Notes: generated from the letters alone by a model not told the origin. A stretch of DNA of 64,000 bases from an uncultured Gemmatimonadales bacterium (GCA_963730185.1 CAVSQW010000009.1:224001-288000); one strand, 5' to 3'. Shown: positions 35,751 to 46,465, numbered from the stretch's first letter. Numbers and translations: made by a program.

Positions 35751-38492
35751 TCAGGGCTGGGTCGAGCCGGACCCCAGCCGTTCCAGGACGGCACCGAGCT
35801 GGCGGATCTCGTCGCCGTAGCGAGCCCAATCGCCCGCCCGCTGAGCGGCCAGGGCGGCGTCGTAGTGCCGGCGGGCCTCCGCGGCCAGGGCCCGGAGCGT
35901 GGCGCTCGCGGGGGCGGCCTCCGATCCGGCGGCAGCTGCCGCCGGCTGGCCCGGTGCGGCCGTGGCCACCTGGCTCCGCGGGCCGGCTTCGCCCCCGAAC
36001 AGCTCGGCCAGGGCCCCGTCCAGGGTCTCCTGCATCACCACCTGATTCTGGTAGGCGACGACGACCCGCTTGAGCTCGGGAATCCGGCCCCCTTCGGCCT
36101 GGAGGTAGAGCGGCTGGACGTAGAGCAGCGCCTTCTCGATCGGGATCACCAGGAGATCGCCACGGATGACTTGCGACCCGCGCTGGTCCCAGAGGGAAAC
36201 CTGCCGCGAGATCTCGGTGTCCTGGTTGATCCGGTTCTCGATCTGCCGGGGGCCGTACACCAGGCTCTGCCGGGGGAAGCGGTAGACCCGGAGCTTACCG
36301 TAGGCATCGCCGTCGTTTCGGGCGACCATCCAGGCCGCCATGTTGTCCTTCCCACGCGGCGTGAACGGCACCATGTAGATGAACTCGGCCTTCGGCTCGT
36401 CGGGAAGCCGCATCACGATGTGCCGCATGAATGGCACCGAGGCGTCGCTCTCGTCGATCACCGGGATCTGCCACTGGTCCTCCCGGTGATAGAACGCGTC
36501 CGGGGCGTCCATGTGGTAGGTGGTGTAGAGCGCGGCCTGGGTCCGGTAGAGGTCGTCCGGGTAGCGGAGATGGGCCCGCAGGTCCGCCGGCATCTGGTCC
36601 AAGGGCTGGAAGATCCCCGGGAAGATCTTCGACCAGGTCTCGATGATCGGGTCGTGGGGGGCGGCCACGTACGAGGTGATCGACCCGTCATAGGCGTCGA
36701 TCACGACCTTCACGCTGTTCCGCATGTAGGAGGTGCCGTCGGGGAGCCGGAATGCGTACGGGTAGCGCGAGGTGCGGGTGTACCCGTCGATGATCCACTT
36801 GAGCGTGCCGTCGTCCGCCAGCACCATGTAGGGGTCGCGATCGAACTGGAGGAAGGGCAGCGCCTTCTTGACCCGATCGGTGATGTGCCGGTAATAGAGC
36901 ACCCGGCTCTCGTTGGTGATGTCCTGCGAGAAGAGGATCTTGGACGAGCCGAAGTCGTAGGCGAACAGGAGCCGGCGAAGCAGGTTGCCGACCTTCACGC
37001 CCCCGGTACCGCTGTACGAGGTGAAGACGTTGTCCTCGCCCGAGGGGTGGTCGAACTCCCGCTGCTTGGTGTTGACGAACACGTAGTCGTTGCCCAACTC
37101 GCCATAGTAAATCTGAGGCCGGGTAACCTTGAGCGAGACCGTCGAGACCGGGGGCAGGTCCTTCACGAACAGCACCGGGAGACCTTCGGTGGTCACCTGG
37201 TTGACCGGGCTCAGCGTAAGGCCCATGCCGTGGGTGAAGGTCAGGTGCTCGTTGATGAAGGTCCGGGTCGGAAGCGACGCCGGGTTGAGCTCCCGGGGTG
37301 AGAGGAGTACCTGCCGGTACTTGCCGTCGATCCAGTACCGATCGTCGTCGACGTTGACGAAGTCGTAGTACGTCCGGATCTCCTGGAGCTGACCGAAGGT
37401 CTTCAGCAACGGGTCGCGGTCCCAGAGTCGGACGTTCTCGATCGTGGGCGCGTTGTTCCGGATGTCGGCGAGGGTGAGGCTCGCTTCGCCGTTCAGGTCA
37501 CGCACCTCGACGCTGTCGAGACCCCAGGCGTGACGGGTCGCCGCGATGTGATTGGCGAGATAGGGCGCCTCCCGGGTGAGCTCGGTCGGCGCGACGAGGA
37601 ACTTCTGCATCAGGCCGGGCAGCAGGCCGCGCCCGACGATCGCCACGGCCAGGTAGGCGCCCACCGACCAGAGCGCGTACCACGCCAGCCGCTGCCGCAA
37701 GGCGCCGACGATGACCGCCACCGCGGCCAGCACCGCCAGCGCGGCCGATACCCGGAGCGCCGGCAGCGTGGCGTGTAGATCGGTGTAGCTCGCGCCGATC
37801 AACGGTCCGGTGTCGGAGTAGAGCAGACTCGGAATGTCCACCAGCCACAGGCGGATCGCCGTGAGCACCAACATCGTGGCCAGCAGAATGGAGAGGTGCC
37901 CCCCGGCCGACGGCTCGACGCGAAGCTGGCGGCCCCGGACCACGATGTCGCCCCTCAGCACATAGAGCGGCACCAGGATCAGCAGGCTGATCACCACCAG
38001 GCTCGAGAGAAAGCCCAGCAGCGCGGCGATCCCGGGCAGGCTGAAGACGTAGTACCCCACGTCGCGACCGAACACCGGGTCGGCCACCCCGAAGGGCGTG
38101 CCGTTGAGGGCCCGGAGCACCAGTTCCCAGCTGGACGAGGCGCCCAGACCGAAGAGCAGACCGAACACGATCGCCACCGGAAACGAGAGCTTCCGGAGAA
38201 TCTGGGTCACGTCCAGGCCCGGCGACGTCCGGGCCAGCCGCAGGACGATTGGGTCCGGGACCAGGCCGCGCTGGGCGAGCGCCAGGTTGAGGTAGAGCAC
38301 CAGCGCCGTGAGGCCGCCGGCCCCGAGAAAGACGAAGAACCGGGTCGAGATCTCCTTGGTGTACACGATCTGGTAGCCGATGTCCCGGAAGAACCAGAGA
38401 TCGACCAGAAAACTGACCGATCCCGGGATCAACAGGAAGAAGAGCACCAGGAAGGCGATCACAACGAGCGGAAAGATGCGACGTCGGGCCAC
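35751..38492 (-). CDS. UPF0182 family membrane protein
   Basis: DPVFGRDVGYYVF, NVRLWD, HLTFTHG, YMRNSVK, HLRYP. Confidence 0.93.
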   Translation of the reverse strand: MARRRIFPLVVIAFLVLFFLLIPGSVSFLVDLWFFRDIGYQIVYTKEISTRFFVFLGAGGLTALVLYLNLALAQRGLVPDPIVLRLARTSPGLDVTQILRKLSFPVAIVFGLLFGLGASSSWELVLRALNGTPFGVADPVFGRDVGYYVFSLPGIAALLGFLSSLVVISLLILVPLYVLRGDIVVRGRQLRVEPSAGGHLSILLATMLVLTAIRLWLVDIPSLLYSDTGPLIGASYTDLHATLPALRVSAALAVLAAVAVIVGALRQRLAWYALWSVGAYLAVAIVGRGLLPGLMQKFLVAPTELTREAPYLANHIAATRHAWGLDSVEVRDLNGEASLTLADIRNNAPTIENVRLWDRDPLLKTFGQLQEIRTYYDFVNVDDDRYWIDGKYRQVLLSPRELNPASLPTRTFINEHLTFTHGMGLTLSPVNQVTTEGLPVLFVKDLPPVSTVSLKVTRPQIYYGELGNDYVFVNTKQREFDHPSGEDNVFTSYSGTGGVKVGNLLRRLLFAYDFGSSKILFSQDITNESRVLYYRHITDRVKKALPFLQFDRDPYMVLADDGTLKWIIDGYTRTSRYPYAFRLPDGTSYMRNSVKVVIDAYDGSITSYVAAPHDPIIETWSKIFPGIFQPLDQMPADLRAHLRYPDDLYRTQAALYTTYHMDAPDAFYHREDQWQIPVIDESDASVPFMRHIVMRLPDEPKAEFIYMVPFTPRGKDNMAAWMVARNDGDAYGKLRVYRFPRQSLVYGPRQIENRINQDTEISRQVSLWDQRGSQVIRGDLLVIPIEKALLYVQPLYLQAEGGRIPELKRVVVAYQNQVVMQETLDGALAELFGGEAGPRSQVATAAPGQPAAAAAGSEAAPASATLRALAAEARRHYDAALAAQRAGDWARYGDEIRQLGAVLERLGSGSTQP

Positions 38493-38632
38493 TGGGCTGC
38501 ACCTCGGCGGATGGTCGGAACGGGGCTAACCCTCTCAACCTAGCCGATTTGCCGCTCCGGTGCCCGGTGACGAGTGCCCCAGGGTCCGGGCCCACCCCCA
38601 GTGCGCCGGCAAGGCCTGGTCCGCCCCGCCGG

Positions 38633-41071
38633 CTACTCGTGGCGGAGGGCGACCACGGGGCTGACCGCGGCGGCCCGCCGGGCCGGGAGCCAGATCGCAA
38701 CCAGCGCAACGGCCCCGAGCACCAGGGGCACCACGACGAAGGTGATGGGGTCGAGTCCGCTCCCGTAGAGAATGCCCTGAAGGAGCCGCGCCCCGGCGAG
38801 GGCGCCACCCAGACCGATCAGCACGCCGATACCGACCAGCCGGAGGCCCTCACCGATCAGCATCCCGACCACGTTGCCATGATCCGCACCGACCGCCACC
38901 CGGATCCCGATTTCGCGCTGCCGCTGCGCCACCGAGCGCGACATGACGCCGTAGATCCCGACCGACGCCAACCCGAGCCCCAAGAGACCGAAGATGCCGA
39001 GCACGATGCCCGCCAGCCGAGCCGGGAGGAGCGCCACGCCGAGATGGGCGTTCATGGTCCGGAGGTTGGCGAGGGGAAGGTTCGGGTCGAGCGCCTTCAC
39101 CTCGCGGCGAAGGATCGGGGCGAGCGTCGTCGGGTCATCGCTCGTCCGGATCATGATGTTCATGCCCGACGACCAGTGCTGTGCCTGGGCCAGGTACATG
39201 TAGGGGAGGGGATCCTCGCCCAACCGCTGGTACTTGCCGGTCGGCACCAGGCCGATCACGGCGTGCTCCTGGTCGCCGACGCGCACCGTCCGCCCGATCG
39301 GGTCCTGCCCCGGCCAGAACCGCTCCGCGAACCGCGCGTTCACCACCACCGTCGGCGCGGCGGCGCTGTCGTCCTGGGCCGCGAAGCCTCGGCCCTTGAG
39401 CAGCGGCGTGCCGATCGCGTCGAAATACCCCGGGGAGACGATGGAGTAGTCGATCGACATGTTCTCGTTCGGTCCGGGAGTGTACCCCGGAATCTCCACC
39501 CCGCGGTCGCTGGACCCGAACCCGAGGGGCACCTCGTCGGAAAAGCCCACCGACCGCACGGTTGGAACGGCGGTGAGCCGCGCTCTCAACTGCCGGTAGA
39601 AATCCTCAGTGCGGGCCCTGCCGTAGCCCTGTAGCCCGGGATCCACGTCGGCCAGGAGGAGATTGTCGCTGACGAAGCCCTTGTCCACCTGGGTGGCCGC
39701 GTCGAGGTTCCGGAGAAAGAGGCCCGCGCACACCAGCAGCACGATCGAGAGCGCCATCTGGGCCACCACCAGCCCACGGCGCATTCGCGAGCGGGACCCG
39801 CCCGGCGGCGCTTCGCCCTTGAGGGCCGGAACCAGCGCCGGCCGGGTGGCCTGAAGCGCCGGCGCCAACCCGAACATGACGCCGGTCACCAACGAGACCC
39901 CCAGGGTGAAGAGCAGCACCTTGGGGCTCACCTGGAGGTTCGGCGTGAGGTTGAAATCGCCGGGCACTGACACCCGGTTGGCCAGGCCGATCGCCCACCA
40001 CGCCACCAGGAGCCCGGCGGCGCCCGACACCGCCGCGAGGAGCAAGCTCTCCGTCAGGAGCTGGCGCACCAGCACGCCCCGGCGGGCGCCGAGGCTCAGC
40101 CGGACGGCCATCTCGCGGCTCCGCTCCCGGGCGCGGGCCAGCATCAGGTTGGCCACGTTGACGCAGGCGATCAGGAGAAGCATCGCCACCACTGCCATGA
40201 TCACCGCGCTCAACCCAACCTCCGCACTCCGGAACATCGGGTGGATGCCGGCGTCGGACTGGAGCACGAGATTGATCCCGCTCTGACGGTAGTCGTCGGG
40301 ATACTCGCTCCGGAGCTCGGTGGTCAGCGCATCCATCCGTTGCCGGGCCACCGCGATGCCGACCCCATCCTTGAGACGGGCGAGCACGCTCATGAAGTTG
40401 TTGCCCCGAGCCTGGAAGCGATCGTAGCCGGAGGGCTCCAACAGATTGACTTGCGCCATCGGCGCCCAGAGGAGCGGCGACAGCACCGGGATGGCGCCGC
40501 GGAAGTCCTTCGGCGTGACCCCGATGACCTGGTAGGTCTGGCCGTCCAGGATCAGCGACTTGCCCACCACGTCCGGGACGCCGCCGAAGAGGGTCTGCCA
40601 CCCCGTGTGGCTCAGCACCACCACCGGGTGCGCTCCCTCTCCCACCCCCTCGTCCGGACCGAACGTCCGGCCCAGCGCCGCGTCGACCCCCAGCACCGAG
40701 AAGTAGTTCGCCGAGGCGATCTGGCCCATGATCCGGCGCGGCTCCCCGGCGACCGACAGGTTCATCGACGCAAAGCTCCACGCGGCCACGCCGGAAAATG
40801 CCGAGCCGGTCCGGTCCCGGACGTCCCGGTAGTGGGGAATCGAGTTGGAGCCATAGACCTGGTCGCCGGGCCAGGTGCGGTACACCTGGACCAGCTGGCC
40901 CGCCTGCCGAACCCCCGGCAGCGGGCGGAGCAGCAACCCGTCGATGGCCGAGAAGACCGCCGTATTGAGACCTATCCCGAGGGCCAGGGTCACCACCACC
41001 ACGGCCGTGAAGGACGGGTTTTTGATCAGCAACCGAAGGGCGTAGCGAAGATCCTGCGCGACATTGGACAT
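38633..41071 (-). CDS. ADOP-type duplicated MacB/FtsX ABC permease
   Basis: QDLRYALRLL, ALGIGLNTAVFS, LLIACVNVANL, REIGIRVAVGA, PVVALRHE. Confidence 0.92.
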   Translation of the reverse strand: MSNVAQDLRYALRLLIKNPSFTAVVVVTLALGIGLNTAVFSAIDGLLLRPLPGVRQAGQLVQVYRTWPGDQVYGSNSIPHYRDVRDRTGSAFSGVAAWSFASMNLSVAGEPRRIMGQIASANYFSVLGVDAALGRTFGPDEGVGEGAHPVVVLSHTGWQTLFGGVPDVVGKSLILDGQTYQVIGVTPKDFRGAIPVLSPLLWAPMAQVNLLEPSGYDRFQARGNNFMSVLARLKDGVGIAVARQRMDALTTELRSEYPDDYRQSGINLVLQSDAGIHPMFRSAEVGLSAVIMAVVAMLLLIACVNVANLMLARARERSREMAVRLSLGARRGVLVRQLLTESLLLAAVSGAAGLLVAWWAIGLANRVSVPGDFNLTPNLQVSPKVLLFTLGVSLVTGVMFGLAPALQATRPALVPALKGEAPPGGSRSRMRRGLVVAQMALSIVLLVCAGLFLRNLDAATQVDKGFVSDNLLLADVDPGLQGYGRARTEDFYRQLRARLTAVPTVRSVGFSDEVPLGFGSSDRGVEIPGYTPGPNENMSIDYSIVSPGYFDAIGTPLLKGRGFAAQDDSAAAPTVVVNARFAERFWPGQDPIGRTVRVGDQEHAVIGLVPTGKYQRLGEDPLPYMYLAQAQHWSSGMNIMIRTSDDPTTLAPILRREVKALDPNLPLANLRTMNAHLGVALLPARLAGIVLGIFGLLGLGLASVGIYGVMSRSVAQRQREIGIRVAVGADHGNVVGMLIGEGLRLVGIGVLIGLGGALAGARLLQGILYGSGLDPITFVVVPLVLGAVALVAIWLPARRAAAVSPVVALRHE

Positions 41072-41105
41072 CGATCACGTCCGACGCAAATGGAGAGGCC
41101 TCCTG

Positions 41106-41132
41106 TACGTCGACCGCCGGGTGGTGGTTTCA
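41106..41132 (-). promoter_or_regulatory. Putative ECF sigma promoter TGAAAC-N17-CGTA
   Basis: Correctly oriented about 35 nt upstream of the ADOP start; same motif and spacing at 52937-52963. Confidence 0.55.
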
Positions 41133-41233
41133 GAGGTGAACGTACGCTGCCCGTGGTGCCCGCGTTGCTCGGCCGCTTTGCTTGGGGTATCGTCCGCGCG
41201 TGCTGCCCGTTCCGTCTCGCGCCTGAGCTACCG

Positions 41234-41605
41234 GTGTCCGAACCCCACGCATCGCTTCGCATCACCCGCATCGTTCTCCCCGTTCACCTCGGTTGGGAAT
41301 CCGAAGAGCGGTCCGCGACCCAGCCCGTGGAGGTGGAGCTGGAGCTCCGCTTCGAACGGCCGCCCCGGGCGTGCGCGACCGACGACCTCCAGGACGCGGT
41401 CGACTACGGCGAATTGGTCCAACGGCTCTCGGGCCTGGCCCGGGCCCGGGCGTACCGCCTGATCGAACACCTGGGCCGCTCGCTGTTTGACGCCACCCGC
41501 GAGGCGCTTCCCGACCGGTGTCGCCTCGCCCTCACCGTCTCCAAGTGGCCGCCGCTCGAGGAAGTCGAGGGTGTCGCCGCGTTCCGGCTGGCTGAATGGG
41601 AATGA
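41234..41605 (+). CDS. folB: Dihydroneopterin aldolase
   Basis: HLGW..EER...QPV, DDL..AVDY, LIEHL, VSK; GTG 41234; ATGA overlap with folKP. Confidence 0.85.
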   Translation: MSEPHASLRITRIVLPVHLGWESEERSATQPVEVELELRFERPPRACATDDLQDAVDYGELVQRLSGLARARAYRLIEHLGRSLFDATREALPDRCRLALTVSKWPPLEEVEGVAAFRLAEWE

Positions 41606-42981
41606 GGTCTGAACCCGCGGTGCTTGGCCTCGGGACCAATCTCGGCGACCGGCTGGCCTCGCTGCGGATGGCGGTGGCTCGCCTCCGGGCCCTGCCGGAT
41701 CTCAGGATCGACGCCGTGTCGCCGGTCTACGAGTCGGACGCGATGGTGCCCGAGGGGGCGCCCCCCGATTGGGGTCGCCCATATCTGAACCTCGCCGTGC
41801 TGGCCCGGTGGGCCGACCCTGCCGAGGGACTGCTCCGAACCCTCAAGCAAATCGAGGCCGACCTCGGTCGGCGACCGCGAGAGCGGTGGGCGCCGCGGGT
41901 GATCGACCTCGACCTCCTGGCTTTCGGCCGTCTGGCCCTGGCCAACGGCACCTTGACCGTGCCGCAGGCCGGCCTCTCGGACCGGCCGTTCGCGCTCCTG
42001 CCGTTCGCCGACGTCGCGCCGGGTTGGCGCTTTCCGGTGGCCACCTCCTTGGCCGGCCGGACCGCCGCCGAGCTGGCGGGCCGCTGGAGCGGAACGGCCG
42101 ATCAGGTGCCGTTCCGTACTCGCCGGACCGGCCTGTCGTTGACCGAGGTCGTCGGGATCGTGAACCTGACGCCGGACTCGTTCTCCGACGGAGGCCGGCT
42201 CACCGACCCGGCGGTGGCCCTCGACCACGCCCGGCGGCTGGTGGCCGAAGGGGCCACGGTCCTCGACCTCGGGGCCGAGTCGAGCCGGCCCGGGGCGGCC
42301 GCCGTCGACCCGGCGGAGGAGTGGCGGCGTCTGGGCCCCGTGCTCCGTGGTCTGGCCTCGGGCCTCCCGACCGCGCTGAGCGTCGACACCCGCCACGCGG
42401 CCACCGCTCGCCGGGCCCTCGACGAAGGCGCTGGCTGGATCAACGACGTTGGTGGCCTCACCGATCCGGAGATGGTTGCCGTCGCGGCTGCCGCGCGGTG
42501 TCGGGTCGTCGTGATGCACAGCCTGGGGTTGCCACCGACCCGGGATCGGGTGCTGCCCCCCGAGCGCGACCCGGTGGACGTCCTGCTCGAATGGGGTCGC
42601 GAGACCGTCGAGCGCCTCGACACCGCGGGCGTCGACCCGAGCCGGATCGTCCTGGATCCGGGCATTGGCTTCGGGAAGACAGCCGAGCAGAGCACCGCCA
42701 TTCTCCGACGAGCGGGCCGGTTGCTGGATCTCGGGGCCCGGGTCCTGGTCGGGCATTCGAGAAAGTCGTTCCTGACGGCCTGGTTGCCCGCCAGCCACCC
42801 GGCGGCGGCCGATCCGGCCGCGCGCGACCCGGAGAGCGCCTGGCTGGCGGGGCACCTCGCCGCTCAGGGCGTGAGCTACGTCAGGGTGCACGACGTGGAC
42901 GGCGCCGTCCGCTCCATCCGGGGTGCCGCCCTAGTCGGCCCGGTGGTCGGGCGACTTGACCCACCTCCGGCCGACGCCTAA
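41602..42981 (+). CDS. folKP: Bifunctional HPPK-dihydropteroate synthase fusion
   Basis: HPPK: LGLGTNLGDR, WAPRVIDLDLL; DHPS: NLTPDSFSDGG, DPGIGFGK, SRKSF, RVHDV. Confidence 0.92.
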   Translation: MRSEPAVLGLGTNLGDRLASLRMAVARLRALPDLRIDAVSPVYESDAMVPEGAPPDWGRPYLNLAVLARWADPAEGLLRTLKQIEADLGRRPRERWAPRVIDLDLLAFGRLALANGTLTVPQAGLSDRPFALLPFADVAPGWRFPVATSLAGRTAAELAGRWSGTADQVPFRTRRTGLSLTEVVGIVNLTPDSFSDGGRLTDPAVALDHARRLVAEGATVLDLGAESSRPGAAAVDPAEEWRRLGPVLRGLASGLPTALSVDTRHAATARRALDEGAGWINDVGGLTDPEMVAVAAAARCRVVVMHSLGLPPTRDRVLPPERDPVDVLLEWGRETVERLDTAGVDPSRIVLDPGIGFGKTAEQSTAILRRAGRLLDLGARVLVGHSRKSFLTAWLPASHPAAADPAARDPESAWLAGHLAAQGVSYVRVHDVDGAVRSIRGAALVGPVVGRLDPPPADA

Positions 42982-43021
42982 CGTCAGCACTCCCCACCGT
43001 TCACGGAAACGGGTCACCCCT

Positions 43022-43546
43022 ATGCACTCCATTGCACTCGGACGCGGCTCTCGCTGGATCGGGCGCCTGGTCTCGCCGTTTCTCCTCCTGGTCCTCGCGT
43101 GCGGCGGGGATCACCCCGCCGCGGACGCCAAGGCGACCCCGGCGGCCGGCGCCGGCGCACCCGCCGGTGCCACGTTCGCCCCCTCGCTCGGCGTCGACCT
43201 GACGGCGATGACCAAGACGCCGTCCGGTCTCTACTACCGCGATCTGGTGGCGGGCGATGGCAAAGTCGTGGCCGCGGATCAGTTCGTCGCGGCCAAGTAC
43301 ACGGGCTGGCTCACCAACGGGACCCAATTCGACGCGACCGGGCCGAACGGATCGCCGTACGTGTTCAAGATCGGCACGGGTCAGGTAATCAAAGGCTGGG
43401 ACGAGGGGCTGCTGGGGATGAGGGTCGGCGGGATCCGTCTGCTCGTGGTGCCGCCGGAGCTGGGTTACGGGGCAGCCGGTTCGGGCGACGTGATTCCGCC
43501 CAACGCGATCCTGGTCTTCCGGGTCGAGATGGTCAGCGCCGACTAG
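43022..43546 (+). CDS. FKBP-type peptidyl-prolyl isomerase, lipoprotein
   Basis: Lipobox VLAC, YTGWL..G..FD, VIKGWDEG, PPELGYG, IPPNA. Confidence 0.92.
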   Translation: MHSIALGRGSRWIGRLVSPFLLLVLACGGDHPAADAKATPAAGAGAPAGATFAPSLGVDLTAMTKTPSGLYYRDLVAGDGKVVAADQFVAAKYTGWLTNGTQFDATGPNGSPYVFKIGTGQVIKGWDEGLLGMRVGGIRLLVVPPELGYGAAGSGDVIPPNAILVFRVEMVSAD

Positions 43547-44811
43547 CCCTGCTCGGGATCGGGGGCCCGCCGCCGGCGCGACAGCTTGCCGAGATAACTC
43601 CGCCGGCCCTGGAGGACGGCTGCGCCTCGGGCCAGGTGATACTTCCGGTCGTGGCTGTCGTAGTGCCGGTCCTCGATCCGACCCGCTTCGGCGAGCAGGT
43701 CCTCGATCTCTTCAGTCGCTTCCGGACACCCGTGGTTCAGCGCGTCGGACGCTTCCCTGAGCAGGCGGGCGGCTTCGTCGTACCGCCCTTCGTCGGCGGC
43801 GCGCACCGCGTCGGTTCGGGTCCGGGCCGCCTGGAACCGGACCAGGGTTCGTTCGATGTCGGGCTTGAGTCGGGCCTGCCCGTCGAGCGTGGCGACCACC
43901 GGCATGGTCACGACCCGATGGTCGACCCCGTCGGAGCGGAGGTGATCGGCCGAGACCCGCACCTGACCGAGCGTCGCCTCGCCGAGGCTGACGGCGTCGT
44001 CGACGTGGAAGACGATCCCGAGCTCTCGAGGGCTGGTCGCCAGCAGGTCGCCGAGCGTCACCTGCCAGCCGCCCGCGGGGGTACGGCGGGTGGGATAGTC
44101 CTGGAGCAGCGTGACGCCCTGGACCCGCGGATGCACCAGGTCGATCTCCACCTCGAGGTTTTGCGCCACCAGCGCCTCCAGGCCATCGATCTCTTCCTGG
44201 AAGATCCCGCCCATCTGGTCGACCTCTTCGACGTACCAGAAGTTGCCGCCGCCGGCGCGGGCCATCGAGACCAGCAGGTCTTCGCTGAACCGGGGGCCAA
44301 AGCCGATCGAGGTCGTGCTGATGCCATGCTCGAGGGCGCCGTGGGCGAGGCTGGTCAGCTGGTAGGGGTCGACGATCCCGGCGTTGGCGAGGCCGTCGGT
44401 CAGGAGCACGATCCGGTTCGTTCCCGTCACCAGACCACCGTGCACCAGCTTGCGTCCTTTGAGCCAGCCGCCCGAGAGGTTGGTGATGCCACCCGGGGCG
44501 ATGGGCCGGATGGCAGCCTCTACCCCGGCGCTGCCGCCAGGGGCCGGACCGTACACCGTGATTACATCGTCGCCGTAGGCCACCACCGAGATCCGATCCT
44601 CGGGGCCGAGGCACCGGGCGAACCGGATGGCGGCCTCCTTGGCAGCCGCCAGGGGCGCCCCCATCATGGAGCCCGACCGATCCAGCACCAGCGCGATGTT
44701 GAGCCGCGGCCGTTCGACCGGCGCCGGCGCTCCCACCGACACCAGCATCCCGACTCGGTGGGCGCTTCTGGCGGTCAGAAACTCGGTGGACAGGTCGACG
44801 GTCGCTCGCAT
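43543..44811 (-). CDS. von Willebrand factor A domain protein
   Basis: MIDAS VLDRSGSM, GGITNL, LLTDGLAN. Confidence 0.88.
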   Translation of the reverse strand: MRATVDLSTEFLTARSAHRVGMLVSVGAPAPVERPRLNIALVLDRSGSMMGAPLAAAKEAAIRFARCLGPEDRISVVAYGDDVITVYGPAPGGSAGVEAAIRPIAPGGITNLSGGWLKGRKLVHGGLVTGTNRIVLLTDGLANAGIVDPYQLTSLAHGALEHGISTTSIGFGPRFSEDLLVSMARAGGGNFWYVEEVDQMGGIFQEEIDGLEALVAQNLEVEIDLVHPRVQGVTLLQDYPTRRTPAGGWQVTLGDLLATSPRELGIVFHVDDAVSLGEATLGQVRVSADHLRSDGVDHRVVTMPVVATLDGQARLKPDIERTLVRFQAARTRTDAVRAADEGRYDEAARLLREASDALNHGCPEATEEIEDLLAEAGRIEDRHYDSHDRKYHLARGAAVLQGRRSYLGKLSRRRRAPDPEQG

Positions 44812-45005
44812 GCCCTCCCCCTCGCCCGACCAAGGTATCGACCCCGTGTGACGGTCCGGCGAGGTGCCGGACCGTCCCGGGTCGAGATTCCAAGGTCGGG
44901 GAGGGCCGTCAGAGCGCCGTCAGGCGGCCGCCCCTCACGGGGCGCTCGCCCAAGCGCACCAGCTGCAGCCTTCTGCGTTCGGGGAGGACTGGACTGGACG
45001 CCGGG

Positions 45006-45776
45006 TCACCACTCGAGCGCCAACCCGGTGGTCAGCGCGGTGTCCAGCGATTCGATCCCATCCGGCGGGCGACTGTCGTAGCGAATCCGTGAGGTGACGG
45101 TGAGCGAGAGCGCGCCGACCAGTTGCACCGCCAATCGGAGGTCGCTTAGCAGCCGGAGGTCGCCGAATGCGTCGACCCTTGGCTGGGCGTAGAGCGTGCC
45201 GGCGATCGACAGACGCTGTGCGTCCCGGAAATTTCCGGTGACGTAGGTGGTCCAACGAACGGCGTTGGTCTCGTCAGGGTGTGAGGCGGTCGCGGGCAGC
45301 TCGAGGCGCTCGTGCTCGACCATGAGGCCCGTGCCGGTCGACAGCCGCCATTGGACCGACCGGGCCAGGTTGAGCCGAGCCCCCGCGCCCGCGATGGCTC
45401 GGAACGACAGGAGCCGCGACCGGTCGTAGTCGATCTGGGTGAACAGCTCTCCGGCCACCACCGAGCTGAGCAGGAGATTGCCGCGGAGGTGGAGCAACCC
45501 GGAATTCGAAAAGCGCTGGCCGCCCTGCCAGCCGACGTCGGCGTTGCCGACCACGAAGGCGAGCCAGCCGGGCCGTCCGTAGTCGAGCCGTCCGTCCACG
45601 TTGAGTAGCACGAGACGGACGTTGCCCGTCCGGGCGGTGAGATTGGCGCCCACCGTGCCGGCAAAACCGGAGTCCGGTCCGGTCCGCCGGAGACTCTCGA
45701 TGTTGATCTGGGCGTTGGCTTGGCTCACCGCTCCAAAGACTACGAGCGCAAGCAGGAATCCTGCGGATTTCGTCAT
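45006..45776 (-). CDS. DUF481-like outer-membrane beta-barrel protein
   Basis: Signal peptide, QINIESLR, amphipathic strands, C-terminal aromatic residue; start ATG 45776. Confidence 0.75.
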   Translation of the reverse strand: MTKSAGFLLALVVFGAVSQANAQINIESLRRTGPDSGFAGTVGANLTARTGNVRLVLLNVDGRLDYGRPGWLAFVVGNADVGWQGGQRFSNSGLLHLRGNLLLSSVVAGELFTQIDYDRSRLLSFRAIAGAGARLNLARSVQWRLSTGTGLMVEHERLELPATASHPDETNAVRWTTYVTGNFRDAQRLSIAGTLYAQPRVDAFGDLRLLSDLRLAVQLVGALSLTVTSRIRYDSRPPDGIESLDTALTTGLALEW

Positions 45777-45889
45777 TCCGTCGTCCGGCGTCGGTCGTCC
45801 TCGATCGGCCCCCGACGAATCTAGTCGGATGGGCTCGCTCGCCCTCCGCGAAGCTCGGTGCCGCCCCACCCTTGCCAGACGCGCCCCGC

Positions 45890-46465
45890 TCAATGGCCCA
45901 GCTGTCGCTCGATCCGTCGGTCGGGTACCAGCCAGATGATCGCGACGAGGACGAAAATCAGATCGGCGACGACCGGGCTGACGAAGGCCAGACCGACCCC
46001 TGTCACATAGAGCCCCGGTGAGGCCTTTCCCTTCCAGTCGCCGCCAACGGCAGCCGCCAGCCGTGATCCGGACCCCTGAGCCCGAATGATGGTTGCCTGC
46101 AGGACATAGTAGGCGATGGCGGCCATCAGCAGCACGAACCCGTACACCGCGGTCGGAAGAGAGGCCGTGTGGTGCTCGCCCAGCCAGCCGGTCACGAAGG
46201 GGATCAGGGAGAGCCAGAAGAGCAAATGGAGATTGGCCCAGAGGATGACGCCGGTTACCCGATCGGTCATGTGGAGCATGTGGTGGTGGTTGTTCCAGTA
46301 AATCCCGAGGTAGACGAAGCTGAGGACGTAGCTCATCAAGCCCGGCCAGGTCTCATGCAGCGCCGCCCAGTCCGCGCCGGCTGGTGCGCGGAGCTCGAGC
46401 ACCATGATCGTGATGATGATGGCGATCACGCCGTCGCTGAACGCCTCCAGCCTGCTCTTGCTCAT
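45890..46465 (-). CDS. TMEM175-family potassium channel
   Basis: RLEAFSDGVIAIIITIM, YWNNHH, LIPF; start ATG 46465. Confidence 0.92.
   Translation of the reverse strand: MSKSRLEAFSDGVIAIIITIMVLELRAPAGADWAALHETWPGLMSYVLSFVYLGIYWNNHHHMLHMTDRVTGVILWANLHLLFWLSLIPFVTGWLGEHHTASLPTAVYGFVLLMAAIAYYVLQATIIRAQGSGSRLAAAVGGDWKGKASPGLYVTGVGLAFVSPVVADLIFVLVAIIWLVPDRRIERQLGH

Noticed and set aside
43543..44811. vWA protein as part of a ternary conflict or MoxR system
   Set aside because: No MoxR ATPase, kinase, phosphatase or effector neighbours; it stands alone.
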